A DNA stretch of 64,000 nt, taken from the NCBI GenBank assembly GCA_000002435.2, contig CM018793.1; one strand, given 5' to 3'. Positions 50,889 through 59,674 of the stretch are shown one piece after another. The notes under the pieces are model-generated. The model saw only the letters and a list, made by a program, of their open reading frames with translations, was not told the origin of the DNA and ran no database searches. The stretch is from Giardia intestinalis (Eukaryota). How positions within the stretch are numbered: the first letter of the stretch is position 1; each line of letters opens with the position of its first letter. The position numbers were made by a program, and so were the translations under genes.

Positions 50889-52709
50889 ATGAGGCCAACT
50901 CCTAGTTCTTCCAAGAACACTACAACGCCTCAGGGACCGGGAGATCTCTCTGCAAGTTCTTCTAATTCCGTTCGCCCGTCGCATAGGACGCAGTTGATAC
51001 ACAGTTCAAAGGGAACCAGTGAGAATGCTACCAATGATAATCTAATACGTTTGACACAAGAAAATCTATATTTACGGACGAGACTAGAGCAAAGCAAGGT
51101 CTTATTACGGGATATCACCAATGCAGCAAAGATTAATAATAGCCAGTTGGAGTTAATGAAGACCTATAAAGAACAGTATGAGGGAATGTCCAAGCGTTTA
51201 GCAGATGTAGAAGCAGCGTACTTAGCAGATGCCGAACGGCTCCAGCAACTCTTGGCTGACAATCAAGTATTACAGCGTCAAATTGGAGAACTAACTGTGG
51301 TAAACAATGCCTACTGTGAAGCCTTGACAGGCCTTCAGAGTATGCACGGGGAGATGGTTGAGACCCATACAAAGGCTGTCACTTCCAATCCAACCCTGGC
51401 TTTGTCAACAGATTATACTGCACTTAATAATGCACTTAAGAAAGACGTCCAAAAACAGCTGCTAGCAGGCATTGAGTCTAGCTTAATGCAGCTAATATCA
51501 AAGCACGATCCTTCTACCGCAAACGCCGGACGTGGAACGTCTAGAAGCATAATATCTAAATCTAAATCCAAATCAAATAGTACAATTAACAATTTACAAA
51601 TAAAATTAGACAGATTGGCAGTAAAATCTAGGTCGCGAAGCAGCTCTTATGGCGCTCATAAAAGGAAGGAATCTGGAAAAGTCGCAAGAACAGCCAGTAG
51701 CGGAGCTAAGCGAGCTCGTAGCACGGGCGGCTCTGGAACTGCTTCTACAAAGGTCACTCTTGATCAAGTTACTAGGTTAACATTTAAAGAAGCGGAGACA
51801 CCGCGACAAAATATTGAGCCAAGACCATCGTTGTCCGAGTATCCGTACAGAGATTCCTCTCATGTATCTTCAGAACTGGAGGGATCTAGGGTCCCCGACA
51901 ATAGCTTTACAGCACGAGATGTGGGCACAATAGAAAGCGGGGGATGTACGCCTTCCTTTTCTACTAAGGGTGCTCAGTCGAGTCAAGTAACCCCTGGTAC
52001 AAGCAATCCTCAACCGAAGCGGTCCACCACACTTAGTGACACCCTTCAAGGAGGCGATGTTTATGGGAGTACTGATAACGTTGCCTTTGTGTCGGTCAAC
52101 ACATCACTAGTTAATGAGAAAATAGACCATGCAGAGCAAGGACTGCACCAAGGAGTAGTAGCTCCTGGGCACATCTCCGAATTTTATAAGCAGCATATCC
52201 GGACAGTTACTGAGCCTCTACTGCAAAGCATTGCTGGCCTAGAACATGATAATAAAACACTACAAGTTGTAGTGGAATCTAAGGACAAGGAGATATGCAT
52301 GTTAAAGGAAATGTTAGCTAGATTATATGCTAAGCCAGAAGGCATACAACCAGGTTCAATTGCTCCAGCATTTTCAGAATCATCGTCCACTATAGGCAGT
52401 AGTGCTGAATATTCTAATCGTTTGTCTAATAATAGCACATCCTATTCGCATACAGATAGAGGACTCAAAGACATGGAATCCATTGGTATGTGTACAGGGA
52501 GCGGACTTAATACGAGTAACACTAGTTTAAGATGCAAGGATCTAAACACATCTAAGGATGCGCTAGGCTCTAGCTCTCCTCGTAAAGACTACAAAATAGC
52601 GTCATCTGGGGACTATGCCGTGTTGAGCGATGTTGAACGGGTGCGCAGCATTTTGCAAGACGTGGAGAAGATGCAGCAACAAATAGTTTCTGAAACGCCG
52701 AGCTCTTGA
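50889..52709 (+). CDS. Hypothetical protein (606 aa) with an N-terminal coiled-coil and a Ser/Thr-rich C-terminal half
   Basis: This is an ORF. The segment LIRLTQENLYLRTRLEQSKVLLRDI...LQQLLADNQVLQRQIGELT shows a heptad pattern. Confidence 0.5.
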   Translation: MRPTPSSSKNTTTPQGPGDLSASSSNSVRPSHRTQLIHSSKGTSENATNDNLIRLTQENLYLRTRLEQSKVLLRDITNAAKINNSQLELMKTYKEQYEGMSKRLADVEAAYLADAERLQQLLADNQVLQRQIGELTVVNNAYCEALTGLQSMHGEMVETHTKAVTSNPTLALSTDYTALNNALKKDVQKQLLAGIESSLMQLISKHDPSTANAGRGTSRSIISKSKSKSNSTINNLQIKLDRLAVKSRSRSSSYGAHKRKESGKVARTASSGAKRARSTGGSGTASTKVTLDQVTRLTFKEAETPRQNIEPRPSLSEYPYRDSSHVSSELEGSRVPDNSFTARDVGTIESGGCTPSFSTKGAQSSQVTPGTSNPQPKRSTTLSDTLQGGDVYGSTDNVAFVSVNTSLVNEKIDHAEQGLHQGVVAPGHISEFYKQHIRTVTEPLLQSIAGLEHDNKTLQVVVESKDKEICMLKEMLARLYAKPEGIQPGSIAPAFSESSSTIGSSAEYSNRLSNNSTSYSHTDRGLKDMESIGMCTGSGLNTSNTSLRCKDLNTSKDALGSSSPRKDYKIASSGDYAVLSDVERVRSILQDVEKMQQQIVSETPSS

Positions 52710-52868
52710 AGTCACAAACAGTCGCATTGAGCATTGGGACTCTTTTATCCGGTGCCAATATAACTTAACCACGTATGACCTCTGAGTGACCCCTTGTGCC
52801 TCGAAGGTTTCAAGTTTTGTAAATTGTTATCTTGCTTGCTAATCATATCAACTCAATCCTATCTATCC

Positions 52869-52880
52869 AAAAATTAAAAC
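52869..52880 (+). promoter_or_regulatory. A/T-rich initiator-like element AAAAATTAAAAC upstream of the SNF2 gene
   Basis: This is the same 12-mer as at 40814-40825. Its 3' end lies 6 nt from the ATG. Confidence 0.45.
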
Positions 52881-52886
52881 GGAACA

Positions 52887-55800
52887 ATGTCTGAAGCGAG
52901 CCCTCAGGGTATCCAAGTAGAAAATCTGAGAGCCACCCTTGCTGACGACCTAATTCCTAATGAGCTGCGGGACACATTTAATGGAAAGCTGCACTTTTAC
53001 CAAAAGGAGACAGTCAACTTTCTAATTTTACGCTACAATGAATATATGCGCAATTTAGACAACCCAGACATTAAGTCAACTCAGCAACACATCAAGAAGC
53101 TCACTGGGTTCATCGTAGGGCATGAAATGGGTCTTGGAAAGACGGTTATGGTACTGTTTTTCTTGCGCTGCATAATCAAGCATCCACACCCTGTGATGCG
53201 TCCCCAGCGCATTGTCATTGTAGTGCAGAAAGTACTAATCCCGCAATGGAAGCAGGAGATAAGCAGATGGTGCCAAGCAATTCCGCTTTATACATATCAC
53301 GGAAGCCATCAGCAGCGCAGACAAAAGCTTATGCGTGCGAAAAATGAGCGCGTATGCATCATCTTGACAACGTACGCAATGATAAGTAACGATGGGGAAT
53401 ACATTATGAGTGTTTTGAAAGATACAAACCCATCTTACTCCAGCCTTCTCCCATCCGTAGCTTCTGACTCGTCTAGTAGCACTTCTATTGATTCCATTTC
53501 TGCACAACCTATAACAGCTGTGACTCCTAACGCTATAGGCAATGCCGAAACAGGATCTACTGATCAAGTGGACCAAGAGCTTTCCAGCTCCAGTAGCTTC
53601 CTCGACCCAGTGTCTGAGTTCTCTTGGATGATAAAGAAGCGATCAGAGACTCCTGGGAAAAGCGCTGCGGCAGAGGCTGCACATCGTTTAAAGCACCTTT
53701 CTCTTCAGAGTCCATCTGAGCCCAAACCAAAGCATAATAACACTAACGAAATCATCCATCCTTCTTCACAACTGCCCACTCTCCCTGCCTCACAGGCTCA
53801 AACAACAAATAGCACTTCAGTCCAGGGTAATGATAGCAATCCAGAAAATCTCATGTATCTTGCTCCTCCTCCATCCAGCAAGCTTCCAAAGCATTGTATA
53901 GACATCCTTATTATGGACGAGGCGACCGCCATTAAGAATACTGCTACTAAGATATCACGGGGGTTGAAGAGTATAGACGCAGGCTTTAAGCTAGCGCTGA
54001 CCGGCACACCTGTGATCAACAACCTGGGTGAGCTTTGGGCAATCGCCGATTATATTAATCCTGGATACTTTGGAAATCGAACTCAATTCGATAAAAATAT
54101 TGCTAAACCCATTAATACTGGCGAGCTTCAGGACGCCACGGCGCGCGAGAGGTTCATTGCACAAAAGGTACGACGGGCTCTTAAAGCTAAGCTTTACCCC
54201 ATCCTCATTCGCCGCACAACTGCAGATCTTGGGTCCTTAGACGTCAACAAGATAACCATTACGTTCTGGATCCCACTTAACGAAGTCCAGTTTATCCTGT
54301 ACGGTTCTGCACTTAGAGCAAAAGCTTTCCAGGAGATTTATTGCAACTCATCCAACTACACAAAGATGATTTATTTGCTGCATCTCTTGCGTAAAGTGTG
54401 CGACAATCCTTGTGAGCTATCCACAGAGGACGCTGGTTTCTTTAAGGGTAACTTAGAAAAGGCAATCCTTAATATAAAGCAAAAAGCAACGCAACCACAG
54501 GCCCGCGATGGCGACTACCTGCAGATTCTAGAAGACCTACAGATATCTAAGGCATCAGACCAAGATCTTCCTCAGCAAGACCCTCCACGCTTGGCTAGAT
54601 CAAGTTCCGCTAATGATACTGATATTCCTCTTATCAATGGTCAGCCTACCTTGTCTCACGACATGGAACACGTCAAAAGAACCGGTGAGATGGATGCAGT
54701 AGATACACCTGAACGAGCTGGTCTCAATGAAGAAGATAGTAGCGACAATGAGCAGGACGCCCAAGAATGGGCATTGGCGCGCTCATTTGATGAATACATC
54801 CACAAATCCCCAGATCACTACGACCTTACGGTTCGGAGTATCACCGCTCTCTCTAGCAAGTATTCACTTTTCATGGAACTAATTACTCATATCAAGAACA
54901 ACAACCATCGTGCACTCATTTTTTGCGACTACCAGATAATATTCAGCATGCTGGAGCACCTACTGTCCCATAATGATATTCCATATTTACGTCTTGACGG
55001 CACGATAGCCGATGTTTCTGAACGTGATAGGATCTGCAAAAGCTTCAACGCAAACAAAAGGTACACCGCTCTTCTCATCTCAATTAAGCTGGGCTCCATG
55101 GGTCTTAATCTTACTGGAGCAAATAGGGTAATTCTGTTTGCCCCTGCGTGGAGCCTGCAAGTAGAAGAGCAAGCGATAGCTCGAGCCTATCGAATGGGAC
55201 AGAAACACAATGTGGTAGTCTACAAGCTGGCCTGCATCAACACATTGGAGGAGAAGATGGTGGTGCGCCAACTGCAAAAGGCCGGTATAGCTAATGTAAC
55301 ACTCGACGATGAGAAACACAGATCTGTAATCAAGAAAACTGATTTGGGCAATCTATTTGAGTTCAGCCCTAGCAAAAGATTGGAAGGGCAGTTGCCAGAG
55401 AATATTAAACATCACGCAACATCAGAACATGTGCGGTGGACGATTCAACAGGCGCTTGGGTCATCATGGTGCGGTGACGAACAAACAGAAGCGGATAAGG
55501 AGTTGGAATTTGTGAACTCTTTAATCACTAGGGACTTTTGTATCGATGTGTCAGTGCTTGATTATCTACACAGTAAAGCGAACATAGACAAGGAGATGGA
55601 TATCTCCGAGCAGGCATCGTCGCAGCTGGGAGCATCAGACTTTGATAGAATCTTATCCGTGGGGCTAGAAGCGTCTTCCAAGCCGGAAGAAGATAACTCA
55701 GGAGGAGAAAACCATGCGAACCTGGTGTTCATTTATATTGAGTCTCATCGTACTAACTATTTCCGAAGTATCATGGTAGCAATCTTCACTTATTGTAAAG

Positions 55801-56990
55801 TTCGACCATCAAATCTTGATGACGCGCTGAATGCGTACTCTAAACGATTGCGTGATAGCATATACACTATGAAAAAGAACAGCAATCACACCAGGACTTA
55901 CATACCCAGACCATTTGTTCCATTTGTGAATCCAAAGAACCTCGCCCACGTTGCCGAGTGGCAGTGCTACCTCGCGTGGGCAGTTCTGAGGGCATCTATT
56001 CACACAGCCGACGCAGAAGCTTTCCCACCCGAACTTCAGGACTTCAAAATAACATCGCGTGAGAGACTAGCGTTCGCAACATCCGACCCTAAGATTCAAG
56101 AACTGTATGCCTACTTTAACTTTCAGCTTAATAGTATCATTTCTCACTTCACAATTGAAATAAAAGGGAGCCTGATTGCAGAGATGCCAGACATTTGCGA
56201 GATTTGCAGCACAAACACCGTGGAGGAATACGTCATTTACCTGCACAATCTGGTTGTCAGTAGAATCAAGCTCCTAATGAGCAATAAGAGTACCTTTAGA
56301 CCCACTCCCACTTATCCTGCAACGCTGAACATAATATGCTCTTTGTGTCAAGCCAATAAAATACCTTTAGCAACTCTAATTGCAGCATATGACAATCCGC
56401 AGAATTGGATCAATTCAAGGTTCAAGCAAGCGCCTCAGATAGAAAAGGAGAAAAAGAAGATTCCATTACTCTGGGGCCCGATGGCAAATGAGTTTGAGAA
56501 AGTACAGAAGTCTACGCTGACTAAACTGCTACAGAAGATGTATGGTCATATCAATTACGCTATCCTTGACACATGCCTACTTGATTCTAAACCATTGGAT
56601 CCAGCGGGTCAGGCAACAACTAATACCATATCATTAAGCGACGTCACAACGTGCTTTGAAGATGAGATAGTTATCATGCAAGCAAACGACACCTTCAGCA
56701 AGATACTGAGTCAGTACCGCTTGATGAGCAACGAGGTTAGGGCAGTAATTCTTCAGGATACTTATCAGAAGCTATGCCACTATCAGACATTACTGCCAGA
56801 CAATGCTCATCACATAGCTCCCGCCCAATTTACTAACCTCATCGCTGTGTCCGCGCCGAATGCACCTCAGCATACCTACGAACCTGAGTCCAATGTTAGT
56901 GTTAGAGAGAAATTGCAGACTGAGGCACAGCCCAGTGGTTCTAACGCGAAAGGCTACGAAGACGAGGAATCAATTGATATACTTGCGTGA
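52887..56990 (+). CDS. SNF2-family ATP-dependent helicase / chromatin remodeller (1367 aa)
   Basis: The conserved helicase motifs are present: motif I GHEMGLGKTV, motif II MDEATAIKN (DEAx), motif III LALTGTPVINNLGELWA, and the C-terminal lobe LIFCDYQ...LRLDGT...GSMGLNLTGANRVILFAPAWSLQVEEQAIARAYRMGQ. A large low-complexity insertion separates the motif groups. The C-terminal ~480 aa are unassigned. Confidence 0.9.
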   Translation: MSEASPQGIQVENLRATLADDLIPNELRDTFNGKLHFYQKETVNFLILRYNEYMRNLDNPDIKSTQQHIKKLTGFIVGHEMGLGKTVMVLFFLRCIIKHPHPVMRPQRIVIVVQKVLIPQWKQEISRWCQAIPLYTYHGSHQQRRQKLMRAKNERVCIILTTYAMISNDGEYIMSVLKDTNPSYSSLLPSVASDSSSSTSIDSISAQPITAVTPNAIGNAETGSTDQVDQELSSSSSFLDPVSEFSWMIKKRSETPGKSAAAEAAHRLKHLSLQSPSEPKPKHNNTNEIIHPSSQLPTLPASQAQTTNSTSVQGNDSNPENLMYLAPPPSSKLPKHCIDILIMDEATAIKNTATKISRGLKSIDAGFKLALTGTPVINNLGELWAIADYINPGYFGNRTQFDKNIAKPINTGELQDATARERFIAQKVRRALKAKLYPILIRRTTADLGSLDVNKITITFWIPLNEVQFILYGSALRAKAFQEIYCNSSNYTKMIYLLHLLRKVCDNPCELSTEDAGFFKGNLEKAILNIKQKATQPQARDGDYLQILEDLQISKASDQDLPQQDPPRLARSSSANDTDIPLINGQPTLSHDMEHVKRTGEMDAVDTPERAGLNEEDSSDNEQDAQEWALARSFDEYIHKSPDHYDLTVRSITALSSKYSLFMELITHIKNNNHRALIFCDYQIIFSMLEHLLSHNDIPYLRLDGTIADVSERDRICKSFNANKRYTALLISIKLGSMGLNLTGANRVILFAPAWSLQVEEQAIARAYRMGQKHNVVVYKLACINTLEEKMVVRQLQKAGIANVTLDDEKHRSVIKKTDLGNLFEFSPSKRLEGQLPENIKHHATSEHVRWTIQQALGSSWCGDEQTEADKELEFVNSLITRDFCIDVSVLDYLHSKANIDKEMDISEQASSQLGASDFDRILSVGLEASSKPEEDNSGGENHANLVFIYIESHRTNYFRSIMVAIFTYCKVRPSNLDDALNAYSKRLRDSIYTMKKNSNHTRTYIPRPFVPFVNPKNLAHVAEWQCYLAWAVLRASIHTADAEAFPPELQDFKITSRERLAFATSDPKIQELYAYFNFQLNSIISHFTIEIKGSLIAEMPDICEICSTNTVEEYVIYLHNLVVSRIKLLMSNKSTFRPTPTYPATLNIICSLCQANKIPLATLIAAYDNPQNWINSRFKQAPQIEKEKKKIPLLWGPMANEFEKVQKSTLTKLLQKMYGHINYAILDTCLLDSKPLDPAGQATTNTISLSDVTTCFEDEIVIMQANDTFSKILSQYRLMSNEVRAVILQDTYQKLCHYQTLLPDNAHHIAPAQFTNLIAVSAPNAPQHTYEPESNVSVREKLQTEAQPSGSNAKGYEDEESIDILA

Positions 56991-57017
56991 GAACCCATTG
57001 CGCAAGTCCACACTGAG

Positions 57018-58655
57018 CTATCTTTTGATGCCCTTGGCTCTACCTTCTACAGTACCCGGTGTCACAAAATTGAAAACCTTTTCCGAAATCTTAGCATCTT
57101 CGAATAATAACAGTAGTGAGGATGGAGTGGCAAGTCTCCCCTGCAGCTGCTTGGCAACTTCTTCCACTTCATTCGTAGGCAAGTAGCGCCGAAGATTCTG
57201 CACGAACTTGGAAGTGCCAAGGCAAGAGCACAGGGCAGCGTAATCCAGTTTCAATCTTGCTCCATCTGCACCAAGAGTGCTGCAATCTCCCAGGACATGT
57301 TGTGCATGCGCCTTATCTCCTCTAAAGAGCTTCAAGCTGGATAGCTGGGCTGTTGTTGAACGCTCAGTTAGAGATAGGGACAAGCAGTTCCCCACAATTC
57401 TTGCAAACTCCATCAGCTCTGTTTCTCTACCTGTCTCGTGTCCGAATCTAATCTTTATGCAGCAACTCACGAAATCAATCAGATCGGGCCCTTCCTCCGT
57501 AAGAATATTCTCTATCTCGGGAGAAAGGCTGCCTGAGTGGTCATCGGAATTAGGTTCAAGCAGATTGTGTAGATGGAGATTGACTTTGGCTCTGAAAGCG
57601 TCAGCGGTAGTGTTCGGCGATAACGTATACCCACAAACCATACAGTACGAAAGAAAAAGATCATAAATTTGTTTCTTATATGTTTGAATGAAGAGCATGC
57701 GCATTCTGAACAAATAAACATTGTGTTTTTGCGAGGCATCTTGTCTGGGCGGTTTTGGGTTGGAGGGGCTAGAGTTATTATTTGTGCGAGGGTTGTCATG
57801 CTCTAGTGGAAGAAAGAACACAACTCGAGATATGATTGATTCTAGAAGAGTCAACCCCAGTGAATACACATCTCCCAAAGCATCAAGAGACGTGGGTGTT
57901 ACACTTTCTTGTCGGTCAAAGAGGGAACCATTAGTAGAAAGGAAATCATAGCATCTGAGCGTCGATTCAGGCGCCCTGTACACGAGGGTGCACGTTGTTC
58001 CCGTTGAAATGGGGGAGTAGTGATCGGCGGAAAGAACCTCAGGCTCAGCGTAGTTAGCAGAAGCACTTGGAGAGGAATAAACACAATATTTAGCCATCCC
58101 CAGGTCTGCAAGAAAAGCAGAGCCGTTGCCATCCAGAAGAATGTTCGACGGCTTGACGTCTCTGTGTGCGATCCCCAGTCTGTGAAGGTTCCGAAGACAA
58201 GTAACCACAGAGTGCCAGAAGAACACCATCTGGGACAGTGTAAAGCTGCTTACTAAGTTGTACGTTCGGAACCTTTCACAGTCGTGTGGATAGAGCGGAG
58301 TGACAAGGCAGATTAGCGAAGAGCAGTTCTCGAAATGCTTCGCAAAGGGTAAGTCTTTCGTTGTATCATCGAGTCGTAATTTGAAGCTCGAGATAAGATC
58401 GATTGCAGGATTCTTAAAAGGCTGGCCGCCAGCCGTAACCTGAGCCAGGTATGCGAGTAAGGTCACTTCACGCAGCACCAGATGGTTGAAAACGCCTGAA
58501 ATGCCGACAGCCTTGAGAGCAACAGGTTTGCCCGTCTCCTTATCTATCCCCTTGTAGATCGTGCCGTACGCGCCTGCTCCGAGGTATCCTGCGGGTGACC
58601 AGTCGATCGCATACCGCTCGAGGGAAGAGGGGATGGTCGGCTGTGGCTCGGTCAT
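57018..58655 (-). CDS. Ser/Thr protein kinase (predicted active) with a ~260-aa C-terminal extension. The start is taken as Met-19 of the annotated ORF (MTEPQ...) so that the CDS does not read through the tRNA.
   Basis: Kinase motifs are intact: GAGAYGTIYKG, VALKAV, HRDVKPSNILLD, DLGMAKY and YRAPE. The ATG at 58653-58655 lies 15 nt downstream of the tRNA-His 3' end. The ORF-track start at 58709 would overlap the tRNA. Confidence 0.8.
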   Translation of the reverse strand: MTEPQPTIPSSLERYAIDWSPAGYLGAGAYGTIYKGIDKETGKPVALKAVGISGVFNHLVLREVTLLAYLAQVTAGGQPFKNPAIDLISSFKLRLDDTTKDLPFAKHFENCSSLICLVTPLYPHDCERFRTYNLVSSFTLSQMVFFWHSVVTCLRNLHRLGIAHRDVKPSNILLDGNGSAFLADLGMAKYCVYSSPSASANYAEPEVLSADHYSPISTGTTCTLVYRAPESTLRCYDFLSTNGSLFDRQESVTPTSLDALGDVYSLGLTLLESIISRVVFFLPLEHDNPRTNNNSSPSNPKPPRQDASQKHNVYLFRMRMLFIQTYKKQIYDLFLSYCMVCGYTLSPNTTADAFRAKVNLHLHNLLEPNSDDHSGSLSPEIENILTEEGPDLIDFVSCCIKIRFGHETGRETELMEFARIVGNCLSLSLTERSTTAQLSSLKLFRGDKAHAQHVLGDCSTLGADGARLKLDYAALCSCLGTSKFVQNLRRYLPTNEVEEVAKQLQGRLATPSSLLLLFEDAKISEKVFNFVTPGTVEGRAKGIKR

Positions 58656-58666
58656 CAAAACAAGGG

Positions 58667-58670
58667 AAAA
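58667..58670 (-). terminator. Pol III oligo-T terminator following tRNA-His
   Basis: The minus strand reads ...CCCGGC A TTTT CCCTTGTTTTG ATG. Confidence 0.5.
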
Positions 58671-58742
58671 TGCCGGGACCGGGAATCGAACCCGGATTGT
58701 TCGGACCACAACCGAACGTACTAGCCTTTATACGATCCCAGC
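58671..58742 (-). tRNA. tRNA-His (anticodon GTG)
   Basis: A manual cloverleaf fits. The acceptor is GCTGGGA/TCCCGGC with one G-T pair. Residues 8-9 are TC. The D-arm is GTAT-AAAGGCTA-GTAC. The anticodon stem is TTCGG/CCGAA with loop TTGTGGT (U33, anticodon GTG, G37). The variable loop is CAAT. The T-arm is CCGGG-TTCGATT-CCCGG. The discriminator is A. The gene is followed immediately by TTTT. Confidence 0.85.
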
Positions 58743-59307
58743 CCGGCGGGCGCGACAAGCTAAAACCAACGGAAATAATCGTATTGGCAGATGGTTTGTG
58801 GTGTGAAATGCGTTCGGCTATGGAACAGCTGATCCAATCCACACTACAGACATCATGTGATACTTGCACGAGACTTCCACGTACTATAGCTCCCCACATA
58901 GGGCGGGCTCCCAAGGCTGCAACAGGGCCACTAGGGGTCTGCTCAGGGAGCCGCAAGGCAGCACCAGCAGACTGCTCCCAACGGTGGTGCTCTTTACGCT
59001 ATCGAGACGGAGGCGCCGTTCTTTGTCCTTTGCCTCTGCTGCTGTGTTAGGGCTTGATCTACCGGGCCTGGCAGGAATAGCGGTACCAGAGGGTGCTACC
59101 ATAGCAGGCGTCCCGGTACGTCTTCCGGCAGGATGGATTGCCATACAATGGAGAGTGTGGTTGAAAACCCTGCTGCTTACGGGAAACCAGTTCGGACCGC
59201 CTGCTGTCTTGGTGTGGCCGTGCTGCCCAGCTGGATCAAGGTAGTAGTCCCACTGAAACCCGTCACCTTCACGGACACCTTCTACCCTCTTGCAAGATAG
59301 GAACTGA

Positions 59308-59612
59308 GTGCTGAGGACAGTACAGAGGTCACAGTCCCAAACACAATACTCGCGCAGCGTGCTGGACGACAGCCTGCTGGACTACCCGTTCGACACCAGC
59401 AACAAGCTTGTCGGGGCGAGCAGGGCTCTCGACGCCGACGCCGCCTCGACGGTCGTCGTCAACGGGAAGCTGACGTCCATCGAGGCCAGAACCCTGTTGG
59501 GGCGGGTGCACACCATGGAGCTTCTGCTCGACCAGTCGGCCCAGACGATCGGGGAGCTGCGCCGCGAAAACGCCAGGCTGCAGCGGGTCATCCTGTCCAA
59601 GGACGCATCGAC
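59308..59612 (+). pseudogene. Truncated duplicate (gene fragment) of the 3' part of CDS 34552-35841. It contains copy B of the 288-bp perfect repeat (59325-59612).
   Basis: The 178-aa ORF 59308-59844 shares ...SQSQTQYSRSVLDD...RLQRVILSKDAST with the 429-aa protein. The 288 nt are identical. The ORF lacks the upstream 330 codons of the parent gene, and its 3' end runs antisense into the ankyrin gene. Confidence 0.7.
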
Positions 59613-59674
59613 ACCCAATCACAATGAAGAGTGGATCAAGAATATTCACTTCAAGATTTTGCGGAGAGTGGCCA

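Noticed and set aside
58656-58709. An N-terminal extension of the kinase ORF runs back to the Met at 58709.
   Set aside because: It would read straight through the well-folded tRNA-His gene and its terminator. The downstream Met at 58655 gives a normal kinase N-terminus.
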